A stretch of DNA of 63,459 bases, counting the filler, from an uncultured bacterium (lineage in GTDB: Bacteria; CAYJOG01): assembly GCA_964371695.1 (NCBI GenBank). It is 3 parts of 3 records of this genome, joined end to end, with 100 filler letters (N's around TTAATTAATTAA, not from the genome) between each part and the next. Parts side by side here need not be neighbours in the genome. Positions count along the whole stretch, not along the records: positions 22,041 to 43,291 come from CAYJOG010000004.1; 2 more parts are not named here. One strand, given 5' to 3'. Position numbers and translations under genes: made by a program. Positions 28,001 through 40,000 of the stretch are shown here, in pieces. Below the pieces are notes generated by a model. The model worked only from the letters and a program-made list of their open reading frames with translations, made no database searches and was not told the origin of the DNA. How positions within the stretch are numbered: the first letter of the stretch is position 1; every line of letters begins with the position of its first letter.

Positions 28001-31000
28001 TCCTGGACGTAACGGGCGGCACCCTCACGGCAGATCTCACCAACAGCAAAATCACCTCAGACAACCCCGGCGTGAACCGCTTTGCCTTCAACCTGAACAG
28101 CGGCGCGCTCAGCGTGAGCAACCTCATCATCGAGAGCACCGACAACAACGGCCTCACCTACGGCGGCGGCTCCTTCACCGCCTTCAAGGGTGTGGTGTGG
28201 AGCCAGCCGGGCAACACCTATCTGCGGGTCAACGCCGCCATCGGCACACAAAACTTCTCCGGCCACTATTTCAACACGGTGGCGCTCAACAACGTGACCA
28301 CCACCGGCATCAGTTCCGGCACGGTCAACTTTATTGACGCCTCCGGCGCGGGCGCAGGGTCCGGGTTCACCAGCATTGCCGGTGCGGCGGTGAACTGGTT
28401 CAACGCCTTCAGCATCAGCGGCACCTGCCCCAACAACGGCGCCACGCTCACCTGGGCGCGGGATGGCGCCATTCAGGCCAGCGCCACCTGCACGGCGGGG
28501 GTCTACAGCATCAGCGCCACCGCCGCGCCGGGGCAAATCCTCACAGAGTTTGAAGACGACGGCACGCCGCTGGTGGATGACCGGGCCATCCTGGTCAAGG
28601 CCACCGGCAGCAACCTGTCGGGCATGGTGATTCCCGTTGGTGTTGCCCCCAGGCTGAGGGTGTCGAGCGTGGGCGGCGTGCTCACCACGGCGGACCTCAT
28701 CACGGGCCTGCCCGCCGACACCGACATGCCTTATTCCAACAACGGCGGCCATGTGGAACTGGACATCGGAACGAACTTCACCATTCCTGCGGCCAGCACT
28801 TTTGAAGTCACCCCCTCGGTAAACCTCACCTGGAACAGCGGCGGCGACCTGACCCTGACGGGTACGCTGGTGGTGAGCACCAGCGCGGTGGCTGCGATTT
28901 CCGGCGACGTGAGCATCACCGGCACACTGGCGAACAACGGTCTGGTGGACGTGGATGGTTTCATCGACGCCACCGGCGGCATTCTCTCGCTGGGCAACAA
29001 CGCCCAGCTTTATGTGGGTGGGGCCATCACCAGCCTGGGCACGTTCAGTTTCAGCAACTCGGCCCTGCTGGCCGCCGACGGGGCAGGGCTCCAGTCGCTG
29101 CCCGCGGTGGGCACCGTGCCCAACCTGTTGGTGAACAAACCCGGCCAGCTTCTGGCGCTCTCTGCGCCGGTTACGGTTTCCGGAAATCTGAACGTGGCGG
29201 CGGGTGTGTTCAGCACGGCGGCCAACGGCCTGACGGTGTCGGGCGCCACCGACATCGGTGCGGGTGTGGGCACGGGGCTGGATGTCGCCGCCAACACCGC
29301 ACTGGCGGGGGCCGTGACCAACCAGCGGGATCTGAGTGTGAGCGGCCCGGCGGTGGTGAACATGCTGGGCAACTACACGGGCAACGGTTCGTCGGCGCTC
29401 AACATCAACAACGCAGGCGCACAGGTGACAGTGAACGGAACCTACAACGTCACCGGCAACTTCACCCGGTTTAACGCGGATGGCTTGCTGGTGCTGGCCG
29501 GGCCGCTCACCAACCTGGGCTCGCTGCAAACCAACGGCATGGGCACCATCGAAGTGGCTTATACCGGCGGCGGCACCACCCTGCCCAACGTTTCCTTCAA
29601 CAATCTGCACCTCAACGCCCCGGCGCAGACGGTGGCCCTGGGTGGCGCGGCCACCAACGTGGCCAGCCTGACCATTTCGGTGGGCACCATCCTCAACGCC
29701 ACCGGTGCGATCACAGTGAGCGGAAGCTGGGATGATTCCGGCGGCACCTTCACGCCCGTGGCGGGCACGGTCACTTTTGTGGGGACAGGTGTGCAGACCA
29801 TCGATCAGGCGGCGGCCAACTTCTTCTACGACCTTTCCAGCAGCAAAACCGGTGGCAGCCTCACGCTCAACGTCAACACCAAGGTGAACAACGATTTCGC
29901 CGTGACCGACGGCGGGGCCTTCTTCAACCTGGGCACGCGCACCCTCACGGTGCATGGTGACGTGGACACCTCCATTGGTGTCTTCCAACCCGCCAGCGGC
30001 ACAGTGCTGCTCAGCCCCAGCGCGGCAAACGTGACCGTGAACATGGGGCTGGGCGCCAACCGCTTCAACCACCTCACGGTAGACAACACCGGCTTTGTGG
30101 TGCAGCAATCCAACAACGTGCATGTGATGGGTAACTTCACCAAACAGGGCACGGGCACTTACAGCACGGCGAATAACCTGCTGTCGGTGAGTGGCAGCGC
30201 CACCCTGGCGGCGGGGGCCACCAACCTCAACAATGGCGCGGGCGCTAACGCCATGGCAGTGAGCGGGGCGTTGAGCCAGACCGGCGGCGATCTGGATCTG
30301 GCCTATGGCGGCAAGGTGTGGCTGGGCAGCAGTTATGCCCAAACGGCAGGCAGCTTCCTGAACACCGCCGCTGCAGGTGGCGCGGTGATCGGTTCCACCA
30401 ACCCTGGTGTGGTGTGGCCCACGGTGGTGTTTGACGGCCCGGTGAACAACACTCAGCCGTTGTCGTTCACCAACATTGCCGCCAGTGGGGTGCGCATCAG
30501 TCCTTCGGCCACCCTCACCAGTTTCAACAACGTGGAGTTCCAGAACTTTGACACCTCGGCCACCTGTCTGCGCATTGACCGTTCCGGGCCAGAAACCCTC
30601 AACTTCAACAGCCACAACTTTGGCGCGGCCTGCACCACCAACGTCAACGGCAGTGGCTCTGGCGCGGCGGTGACGCTGAACATGCTGGGCAGCACCGGCC
30701 CCCGCAAGGGCGAACCGTTTGACGCCGAAAGCGGCACTGTCACGGTGGTGTGGGGCACACCCATCCAGTTGGCTGAGGTTCACTTCTTTGATCAGGACGA
30801 CAACGGCTCTCTGGACCGCGCCGTGCTGAGTTTCAGCGCACCGTTGAGCGACAGCAGCGTGTCCCTGGGTATTGCCGAGGCAGCTTTTGTGATTGGCGGC
30901 GTGGCTGGGGCCACGGCCATTCTGGACATCGACAGCACCACCGGCGGCGGCTGCGCCACCAACATTCCGGCCATTGACCCGCAGGCGGTCAACGACAAAT

Positions 31001-34000
31001 ACATGACCCTGTGCCTGGATGAAGCCCAGTTCGGCGACACGCTTTCGCGCTCGGTGGCCTTTACACAGGCGGGGGGCACGTTCCAGGATGCGGACCTCAA
31101 CGAGGCCCCCACCAACGCTGCGGTCACCAGCATCGACGCCGCCAAACCCCACATGATTTATGTGCAGGGGTATGTGAACAGCGCCGACCTCATCGTGGCC
31201 TTCACCGAGCCGGTTTACTCCGCGCCGGGCGGGGCCACGCCCCTGGTGGGCACGGACTTTGCCATCACCGACGTGGACAACGGCCGCACGGTGTTCTCGG
31301 CCACCCACAGCGCGGGTGATCTCACCGCCACCGTCACCCTCTCCTCGCCGGTGGATACCGCCGCCGACATCGGCACCGATGCCTTGGCTCCCACTGCCGC
31401 CAATATTTATGACGCCGCGGGCAACGCCGCATTGGTGGGCAACATACTGAGCATTTCCGAACGTATCCTGACCTGGACCGGNNNNNNNNNNGCCGACGAC
31501 AAACTGGTGATTTCCTCTGTGGGCATTCAGCCCGCCACGGTGAACGTGGCCCTGAGCGCCCGCGACGTGGAGATTCTTGCAGGGGCAACCCTGAATGGCG
31601 GTGCGAACGTCCTGACGGTTTCGGGTGACTTTGTGGTGCAGGGTGGCGGCGCGTTTACACCGTCCACCGGCACGGTGGCGTTCAACAATCTGGTGGAAGT
31701 CTCCACCAACGCCACGAGCTTCAACAACCTGAGCACCAACAGCGCTGCCGCAGACCTGGTGCTTTCCACCAGTGTGACGGTGGGGGGCAACCTCACCAAC
31801 GCCGGTTCCGTCAGTCAGAGCGGCGCGCTCACGCTGGCGGTGACGGGCAACGTGTCTGGCGCGGGCGACATTCTGCGCAACGGCACGGGGGCCCTCACGG
31901 TGGGCGGCGACATGAACACAACGGGCAACCTCACCTGCGCTGCGGGTGTGAACTGCCGCATTGTGCTGGGCGGCACGGTCACCAGCCTGGGCACCTTCAC
32001 GGCGGCCCTGGGTGAAGTGGAATATGCCAGCAACACCGTGGGGCAAAACATTCCGGCGGCCACCTTCAACCGGCTCATCCTCAACAACCCCGGTCAGGTG
32101 GCCACGCTTGCGGGCAACATCGTGGTGAGCGAAAGCCTGCGGGTGATGAGCGCCACGGGCCAGCTCAACGGCGGGGCCTCCAGCATTGACCTGAAGGGTG
32201 ACCTCATCACCGACGGCGACTACGCCACGCCTTTTGCCAGCGTGGCGCTGGGCATGACAGGCGCGGGCAATACGCAGCTCATCAGCGCCAGCGGCATCAT
32301 CACCACGTTCACCGTCAACAAGGCCACCGGCACGGCGCGCATCAACACCGTGTCGCCGGGTGTGTTCAAAGCCAGCACGGCCACCCTTACCAGCGGCGTG
32401 CTGGACCTCAATGGCAAATCACTCACCATGGGCACGGGCGGCACCCTGGCGCTGAACGGCGGCACGCTGCTGAGCACGCTCACCGGCAGCAAAATCACCA
32501 GCACCACCCCCGGCGTGGCCACCTATGCCTTTAACGTCAACGGGGCCACGCTGAGTGTGAGCAACCTCATCATCGAGAGCACCAACGCCTCTGGCTTCAA
32601 CTTCCAGGCGGGTGTCATCACTGCGTTTGACAACGTGGTCTGGCAAACGGGCAACACCATTTACGCCATCTTTGACAGCGCGCTGGGCACACAGAACTTC
32701 TACAACCACTACTTCAACGCCGGTGTGGCCACCAACGTGCGCACACTGGGCACCAGCACGGGCACACTGAACTTCATCGACAGCACGGGGCCGGGTGCGG
32801 GGCCAGCCACCGATGACCCCCAGGGCGCGGCCATCAACTGGCAGAACACCTTTAACCTCGCGGGCTTCTGCGCCAACAACGGTGTGAACATCCGCTGGAC
32901 CCGCAACGGTGCGTTGCAGGCTGGCCCCTATGTCTGTGCGGGCAACGCCTATGCCTTCACGGCACTGCCCGCCGCCACTGCGGATGTGGTCACAGTGTTT
33001 GAAGACGACGGCGGTGATGGTGCGAACGACAACCTGCTCATCTTCAAGGTGCCGGGTGGCAACATCAGCACTGCTGATTTGCCCAATCACCCCAATGGTC
33101 AGGCGAATGTCTACAACTTTGGCGGCGGTGCCGTGAACATCGCCGATTTGGCCACGTCACTCATCGGTGACACCGATTATCCCTACACCATGGCCGCCAA
33201 TGTGGTGATGGATGCCGGGGCGGATATACAGGTCATGTCTGGCGCGGACTTCCGCATCACTGCTGCGCCTGTCATGGGGCTGGGCACGGGCGCTTTGCTG
33301 GTGAGCGGCAGCGCTACGGTGAGCGCCGGGGCCACCCTCACACTGGGGGGCGACCTGATGGTGAGCGGCCTGTTCCGCAACGTAGGCAGCTTCACGGTGG
33401 TCGGCCAGATGGACGCCACGGGCGGCGCGCTGGAACTGGTCAGCGGCGCAACGCTGAACCTGGACGGCCCCATCGTCAGCCTGGGCGCATTCACCTTCAG
33501 TCCTTCTTCCACGGTGGCGTTGAATGACACGGTTTCGCCGCAAACCCTTCCCAGTGGCGACTATCCCGATCTGGTCATCAACAAAACAGCCCAGACCGCC
33601 ACGCTGGGGGGCAACCTGAGTGTGTCGGGCAACCTCACCATCACCAACGGTGTGCTGAGCAACGGCGGCTTTAATCTGATCGTGTCGGGCAGCACCACTG
33701 TTTCGCCTGCGGCCACCAGCCAACTCGTGCATAGCGGCGGCAACACCACCCTCACGGGCAACGTGAACAACAGCAAAGACATCACGCTGTCTGGTGTGGG
33801 CCTGTTGCGCATGCTGGGCAACTACGCCGGAGGCGGCACGGCCATACTGGCCATCAACAACGCGGCGGCCACCGCCGTGGTGAGTGGTTCCTACAACGCC
33901 CTGGGCGGCCTGCTCACCTTTGGCGCAGCGGGCGTGCTGGAACTGAACGGCCCGCTCACCGACATCGGCACCGCCGCTTGGGGCACGGGCCTGTTGCGCC

Positions 34001-37000
34001 TCACCTACACCGGCGGGCCCGCCACGCTGCCCGACATCGCCTATAACAGCCTCCACATCAACACACCGGGCCAGACGGTGAACCTGGGCGGCCCCTCCAC
34101 CACCCTCAACACCCTCTCGCTCTCGGCGGGTACGCTGTCGCAGGCGGGCACCATCACCGTGAGCGGCAACTGGGACGACACCGGCGGCGCCTTTGCGGGC
34201 ACCGGTTTGGTGAATATCGGCGGCGGCAACGCCCAGAGCATCAATCAGGGGGCCGCCAACTCCTTTGCCCAGGTGGACTTCAACAAGTCCGCCTCCACGG
34301 TCACCCTGCTCAGCACCGTGCGGGCCACCGGCAACGTGGGGGTGCTGCACGCCGCAGACCGAATCAACCTGAACAGCCAGATTCTGGAAGTGGGCGGCAA
34401 CTTTGACACTTCCGCAGGTGTGTTCACGCCGGCCAGCGGCACGGTCACCCTCAAGCCCACGGGCGCGGTCACGCTGAACATGGGGGCCGGTTTCACCAAC
34501 TACTTCAACCACCTCATCACCGACCTCACCGCCGGCAACGTTACGCTGGCCAGCGTGGTGAAAGCGGCGGGCAACTACACGCAAACCGGCGGCGGCGGCA
34601 TTGTTGAGATCGGCCTGAACACCCTGGCCGTGAGCGGCAGCGCCACACTCAACAACGGCACCTTGCGGGTGAACAACAGCGCGAACGGCGGCCTGCTGGC
34701 GGTGACCGGCGCGCTGGCGCAGAACAGCGGCAATCTGGACCTGCAATATGGCGGCGAGTTGCGCATGGGCACGGGTTATACCAAAACCGCCGGCACCTTC
34801 CTGAACACGGCCCCCACGGCCAACGTGGCCAAGGTCGGCTCTCTGCAGCCGGGCGTGGTGTTTCCCACCGTCCAGTTCGGCGGCGTGCTGAACAACACCC
34901 AGGTCCTCAGCTTCAGCTCCATCGCAAACACCGGTGTGGTTATCAGCACCTCTGCCAGCGTGACGGCGGTGAACCAACTGAAGTTCTCCAGCTTCCAGGC
35001 CGGGGCCACCTGTCTGGAGGTCAACCGCAGCGCTGGTGTGAGCATCAGCTTTGATCAACACGATTTCGACGCCAACTGCACCACCAACGTCAGCGCCATC
35101 GGCGGAGCGCCCACCTTCACGCTCACCATGACCAACAGCACCGGCGCGCGCAAAGGCGAGCCGTTTGACAACGACGGGGCCAACGCCCAAGTGGTGTGGG
35201 GCACGCCCATTGTGCTGAGCGCCGTCACCTATTACGACATCAGCGGCAACGGCCGCCACGACAAAGCCAAGCTTCAGTTCAGCACCAACCTGGTTGACGC
35301 CACCGTGACACTGACCGATGCCCAGGCGGCGCTGGCCATCAACGGCGTGCCGGGGGCCACGGGCATCACCGACGTGGACACCACCCTGGGCGGCGGCTGC
35401 GCCGTGGCTCCCGGAGACCCGGCTTCGGCCAACGACAATCTCATCACCCTGTGCCTGAACGAACCCTCGTTCCAGACCACCCGCGACCTGTCGGTGTCCT
35501 TCACTACCCAGGCAGGCAAGTTCCGCGACGCGGACCTCAACGACACACCCACCAGCGGCTCGGCGCCCACGGCGGATGCCGCCGCGCCGGTGCTCCTGGG
35601 GGCCTTTGGCACCGTGGGCAGCGACGTGGTGTTCCTGCAATTCAGCGAGCCGGTCTGGACCAACGCGGGCCAGTCTGGCGCGCTGGGTGTGGCTGACTTG
35701 AGCGTGACGGACATTGATGATGGCCGCACTCCCTTCAGCGTGGGCTTCGGGGCCGGACTCACCGAGGGCACCGTCACCCTCACCTCGGCGCTGGATGGCG
35801 CAAACGACCTGAACACCGACAGCGTGGCCCCCGTGGGCGGCGGAATTTTTGACGCGGCGGGCAACACCGCCGCCACCACGCCGCAAACCGTGCAGGAAGG
35901 CCTCGTGACCTGGACCGGTGCTTTTGACGGCGACTGGAACAACGCCGCCAACTGGAGCCCCAGCCGTGTGCCCCAGGTGTTTGACAACGTGACCATCACC
36001 GCCGCCGGGGCGCAGCCCGTGCTGCTCAGCATCAGCACGCGGGTGGTGGGCATCACGCTGTCGGCGGGCACGCTGGATGTCGGGGCCACGGCGGTGCTCA
36101 GCATGTCGGGCAACCTCACTGGCAGCGCCGCAGTGCTGAGCACCAACGCCGCCGCCACCATCGCCTTTGATGGCCAGATCAACCAGACGGTAGACAAACT
36201 CAGCCTGGGCAACGTGGTGGTGGACAAACCCGGCGGCACGCTGCTGGTGAGCAACAACGGCGCAGCCCAGGTCAATGCGGTGACCTTTACGGTGAACAAC
36301 GGCGCGGTGGATTTCCAGACCCGCCCCATGCAACTCACGGGCAATCTGGCGCTGAACAACGCCAGCCAGTTGCTGAACGTGGCGCTGGACGCCACCACCG
36401 CAGCGGGCAAAAGTTATGTCTTTAACGGCACCAGCGTCATCAGCATGAGCAGTTTTGTGCAGAGCGGCGCGGCGGCCACCAGCATCACCGACAACCGCAC
36501 CGGCGGTCTGGTGCAGGTGGGCGGGGCGTTTAACGTGTCGGCGGGCACCGTCACCGGCCCCGCCAGTGTGCTCAACATCGAGGGCAACGCCACGCTGGCG
36601 GGTGACTTCAGCGCCACCACCGTGCGTCTGGCGGGCGGCGTGGCCACCTTCACGCCTCCGGCGGGCGGCCTGAACGAACTGCAACTGGCCAGTGCAGGCG
36701 CGGTTACGCTGGCGGGCGCGCTGCACGTGAGCGGCAGTGTGGTGCTCAGCGCGGGAACCACGCTGAACGCCGCCAGCAACCTCATCGCCTTTGACGAAAA
36801 TCTCGACGCCGCAGGCCAGGGTGTCTTTGCCGCCCTGGGTCTGGTGCATAAGGCGGGCACAGTGGCGGGCTCTCTCAGCAGCAGCGCCGCGCCCACGCTG
36901 GCCAGTCTGGTAGTGGAGGGTACAGGTGGCCTGACACTGCTCACCAACACCACGGTGTCGGGCCAGACCTATGTCACCGGCCAGGGCCTTGGGTTTGCCA

Positions 37001-40000
37001 CCACGGTGCTGAACGCACAGGGTGACTTCCTGCATCTGGGCGCGGCCAGCGCCGGTGGGGCAGGGGCCGTGCTGAACCTGACCGGCGGCACGGGCAGCGT
37101 GTTGTCCCTGAGCCAGCCCCTGACGGCCAATCTCAACATCAACAAAACGGCAGCCATTGTCACCACCGGTGGCCCGGCCACCGTGACAGGCAATCTGCAC
37201 CTGCTGAGTGGCACACTGGCCAGCAGCAGCAACCTGTTTGTGCAAGGCAACGTGGATCAGAACACCGGCACCACCTTCAACTTCTCCGGTGCGGCGGCGC
37301 TCAACCTCACCGGCACCTCGGCGGCCACCGTGGGGGCGGCCAGCACGGCGGCGGCGATTTCCCTCAGCCGTCTGGTCATCAACAAATCCGGGGGCGGCTC
37401 GGCGCAACTCTCGCTGCCGCTCGCGCTGTCGGCGGACTTCACCCTATCGGCGGGCACGTTCAACCAGAACGGCCAGAGCTTCATCACCCAGACCTTCACC
37501 AGCAGCCCTGGGGCCACCTATGTGCATGGCGGCGGCCCGGTGGTGGTGGATGGCGCAAACGGCGCGCTCACGCATCAGGCCACCGGTTCGTTCAACAACC
37601 TCACCATCAGCTCTTCCGGTACCTTCTCACTGGCGGCGGGCAGCAACCTCACGGTGGACAACACCTTCACCCACCGCTCGCCCGCCATGAGCGCCAACAA
37701 CCTCACGCTCACCACCGTCAACGCGCACCTGCGCAGCAATCTGGACCTGCTGGGCACGGGTGTGCTGGCCTTTAACGACCTGCAGGCCTACAGCGGCCAG
37801 TTGAACCTGAGCGGCAGTGTGGCGCTGCGGGGCCGCACCGGGGCAAACCGCACCATCACGGTGCATCCGGCGGCCACCCTGCGCAGCAGCCAGGGCACGC
37901 TGGAGCACCAGAACGCGGGTGTGGAATATGTGAACGTGGTGGCGGGCGGCACGGTGAACATCACCAACCTCACCGTGAACAATCTGAACACCACCGGCGT
38001 GGTCATCACCCCCAGCGCGGTCATCACCAACCTGAACGGCCTGAACTTCGCCAGCGGCGCGGCGGGCAGCACGTGTCTCACCATCCAGCGCACCGGCGGG
38101 CCAAACACGCTCAGCCCCTCCAGCCTCACCTTTGGGGCGCACTGCACCGTGAACATCAGCGCCGATGGCGGCGGCGGCACCACCACCATCAACGTGCTTT
38201 CCACCGCCGGGGCGCGGGCGGGCGAGAACTACGACGCCGAAGCCAATGGGGCCACCGTGGGCTGGGGTGCTGCGCCGCTGGTGCTGGCGAGTCGCCAGTT
38301 CGACATGGACAACGACGGCTCGGTGGATGAGATCGCCGTGCAGTTTGACAAACCGCTGGTGGACGCCAGCGTGGCCAACGGCGATGCGGCGCGGTTCACC
38401 TGGGGCGGCGCGGCGCTGGTGGCGGTGGACAACGTGACCAATGCGGGCGGCACCGCCAGGCTGAACACCTTTGACCCTGGCGTGGCCAACGACGCCTTCA
38501 TCACGTTGTTCACCACCGACGCCGCTGGTCTGGGCACCGGCCTGAAAACACTGGCTTACACCACCGCCGCAGATCGCCTGGAAGACGGTCTGGGCAATGA
38601 CGCCGCCACCAACGCGGGCCTGCCTCTGGCAGACTTCGCCCGCCCCGTGCTGCTGGGCCGTCTTACCCGCGACCTCAACAGCAACGGCTCCCTCGACGCC
38701 GTGCGTCTGAGTTATTCCGAAAACCTGAGCGACGCCACCGTGTCGGCTGCGAACTTTGCCGTGAGTGGTGCGTCGGGCCTCAGCTTCACCGGCACCACCG
38801 GCGGCGACGTGGCCAACAACAACATCCTGTTCATCAGCTTTACCGACGGCGCGCAGAGCAGCGGCGCTGTGCCCACAGTGGCCTACACCGCAGGCACACT
38901 CGCAGACGCCGCCGCGAACACCGCGCTGAGCGCCTCTGCGGTGGCCGCCGCCGACGGGGCCGGGCCGGTGCTGCTGAGCGCTGCCGCCGCCGATGACGGC
39001 ACGGTGCTCACGGGCATTGACAACGATGACACCGTGACGCTGGTGTTCAGCGAAGCCACCACCCAGCCCGCCATCACGGCGGCCAATCTGCCCGGCGCGG
39101 TGCTGCTCAGCGGCGCTCACACCTGGTTGAGCGGCGCGGGCTCCATCACGGCGGCTGCGTGGCTCAGCGCCACCACGCTCAAGATCACGCTCAACATCAC
39201 CAGCGGCGTGCCCACCATTGCCCCGGCAGACACACTCACCATGGCCGGCGTCACGATTGGCGACGCCACCGGCAACGCGGCCCTGGGGGCAGTGGTGCTC
39301 ACCGGCTCCTTTAGCGCCGACACCGCCAGCCCCGCCATTACCAGTGTGCAGACGCTGGACACCACCGCCAACGGCTTTATTGACCACATCCGCGTCACCT
39401 TCAACAAGTCCATCAAGGACACCACCGTGGGCGCGGCCCAGTTCAACCTGGCGGGGGCGGGGGCCCTGACCTTCTCGCCCAGTTTTGGCGGCGACGTGGC
39501 CAACAACAACATCGCCACCTTCAGTTTTGTGGATGGTGTGCTGGGCACGGGTCAGACGCCCTCCCTCACCTACACGGCGGGCACCCTCACCGACCTGCCC
39601 GGCAACCCCATGGCCACGGCCACTGCGCCCAGCACAGACGGTGCCGCACCGGTGCTGCTCTCTGCGGTGGCCAGCGACGAAGCGGTTGTGTTCAACGGTT
39701 ATGACAACGACGACAGCGTGACGCTCACCTTCAGCGAAGCCACCAACCAGACTGCCGTGAACGTGGGCAACATCAACACCGTGCTGGCGCTCTCTGGCGG
39801 CAAAACATGGCTGTCGGGCGGCGGGGCCATTTCTTCGGCGGTGTGGACCAGCCCCAGTGTGCTCAAGGTCACCCTCAGCACCGCGGGCGGCAGCCCCACC
39901 ATTTCGCCTTCGGTCACCATCACTGTGGGCGGGGCTGCCATCAAGGGCGCAACGGATAACCTCAACGCCGCCGGCCCGGCTGTGGCGGTGGCGGGCACCT

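Noticed and set aside
31482-31491. Apparent ~19-aa deletion in the second mega-repeat of the giant protein
   Set aside because: It falls on a 10-N gap. Comparison with the first repeat suggests the gap is simply under-sized.
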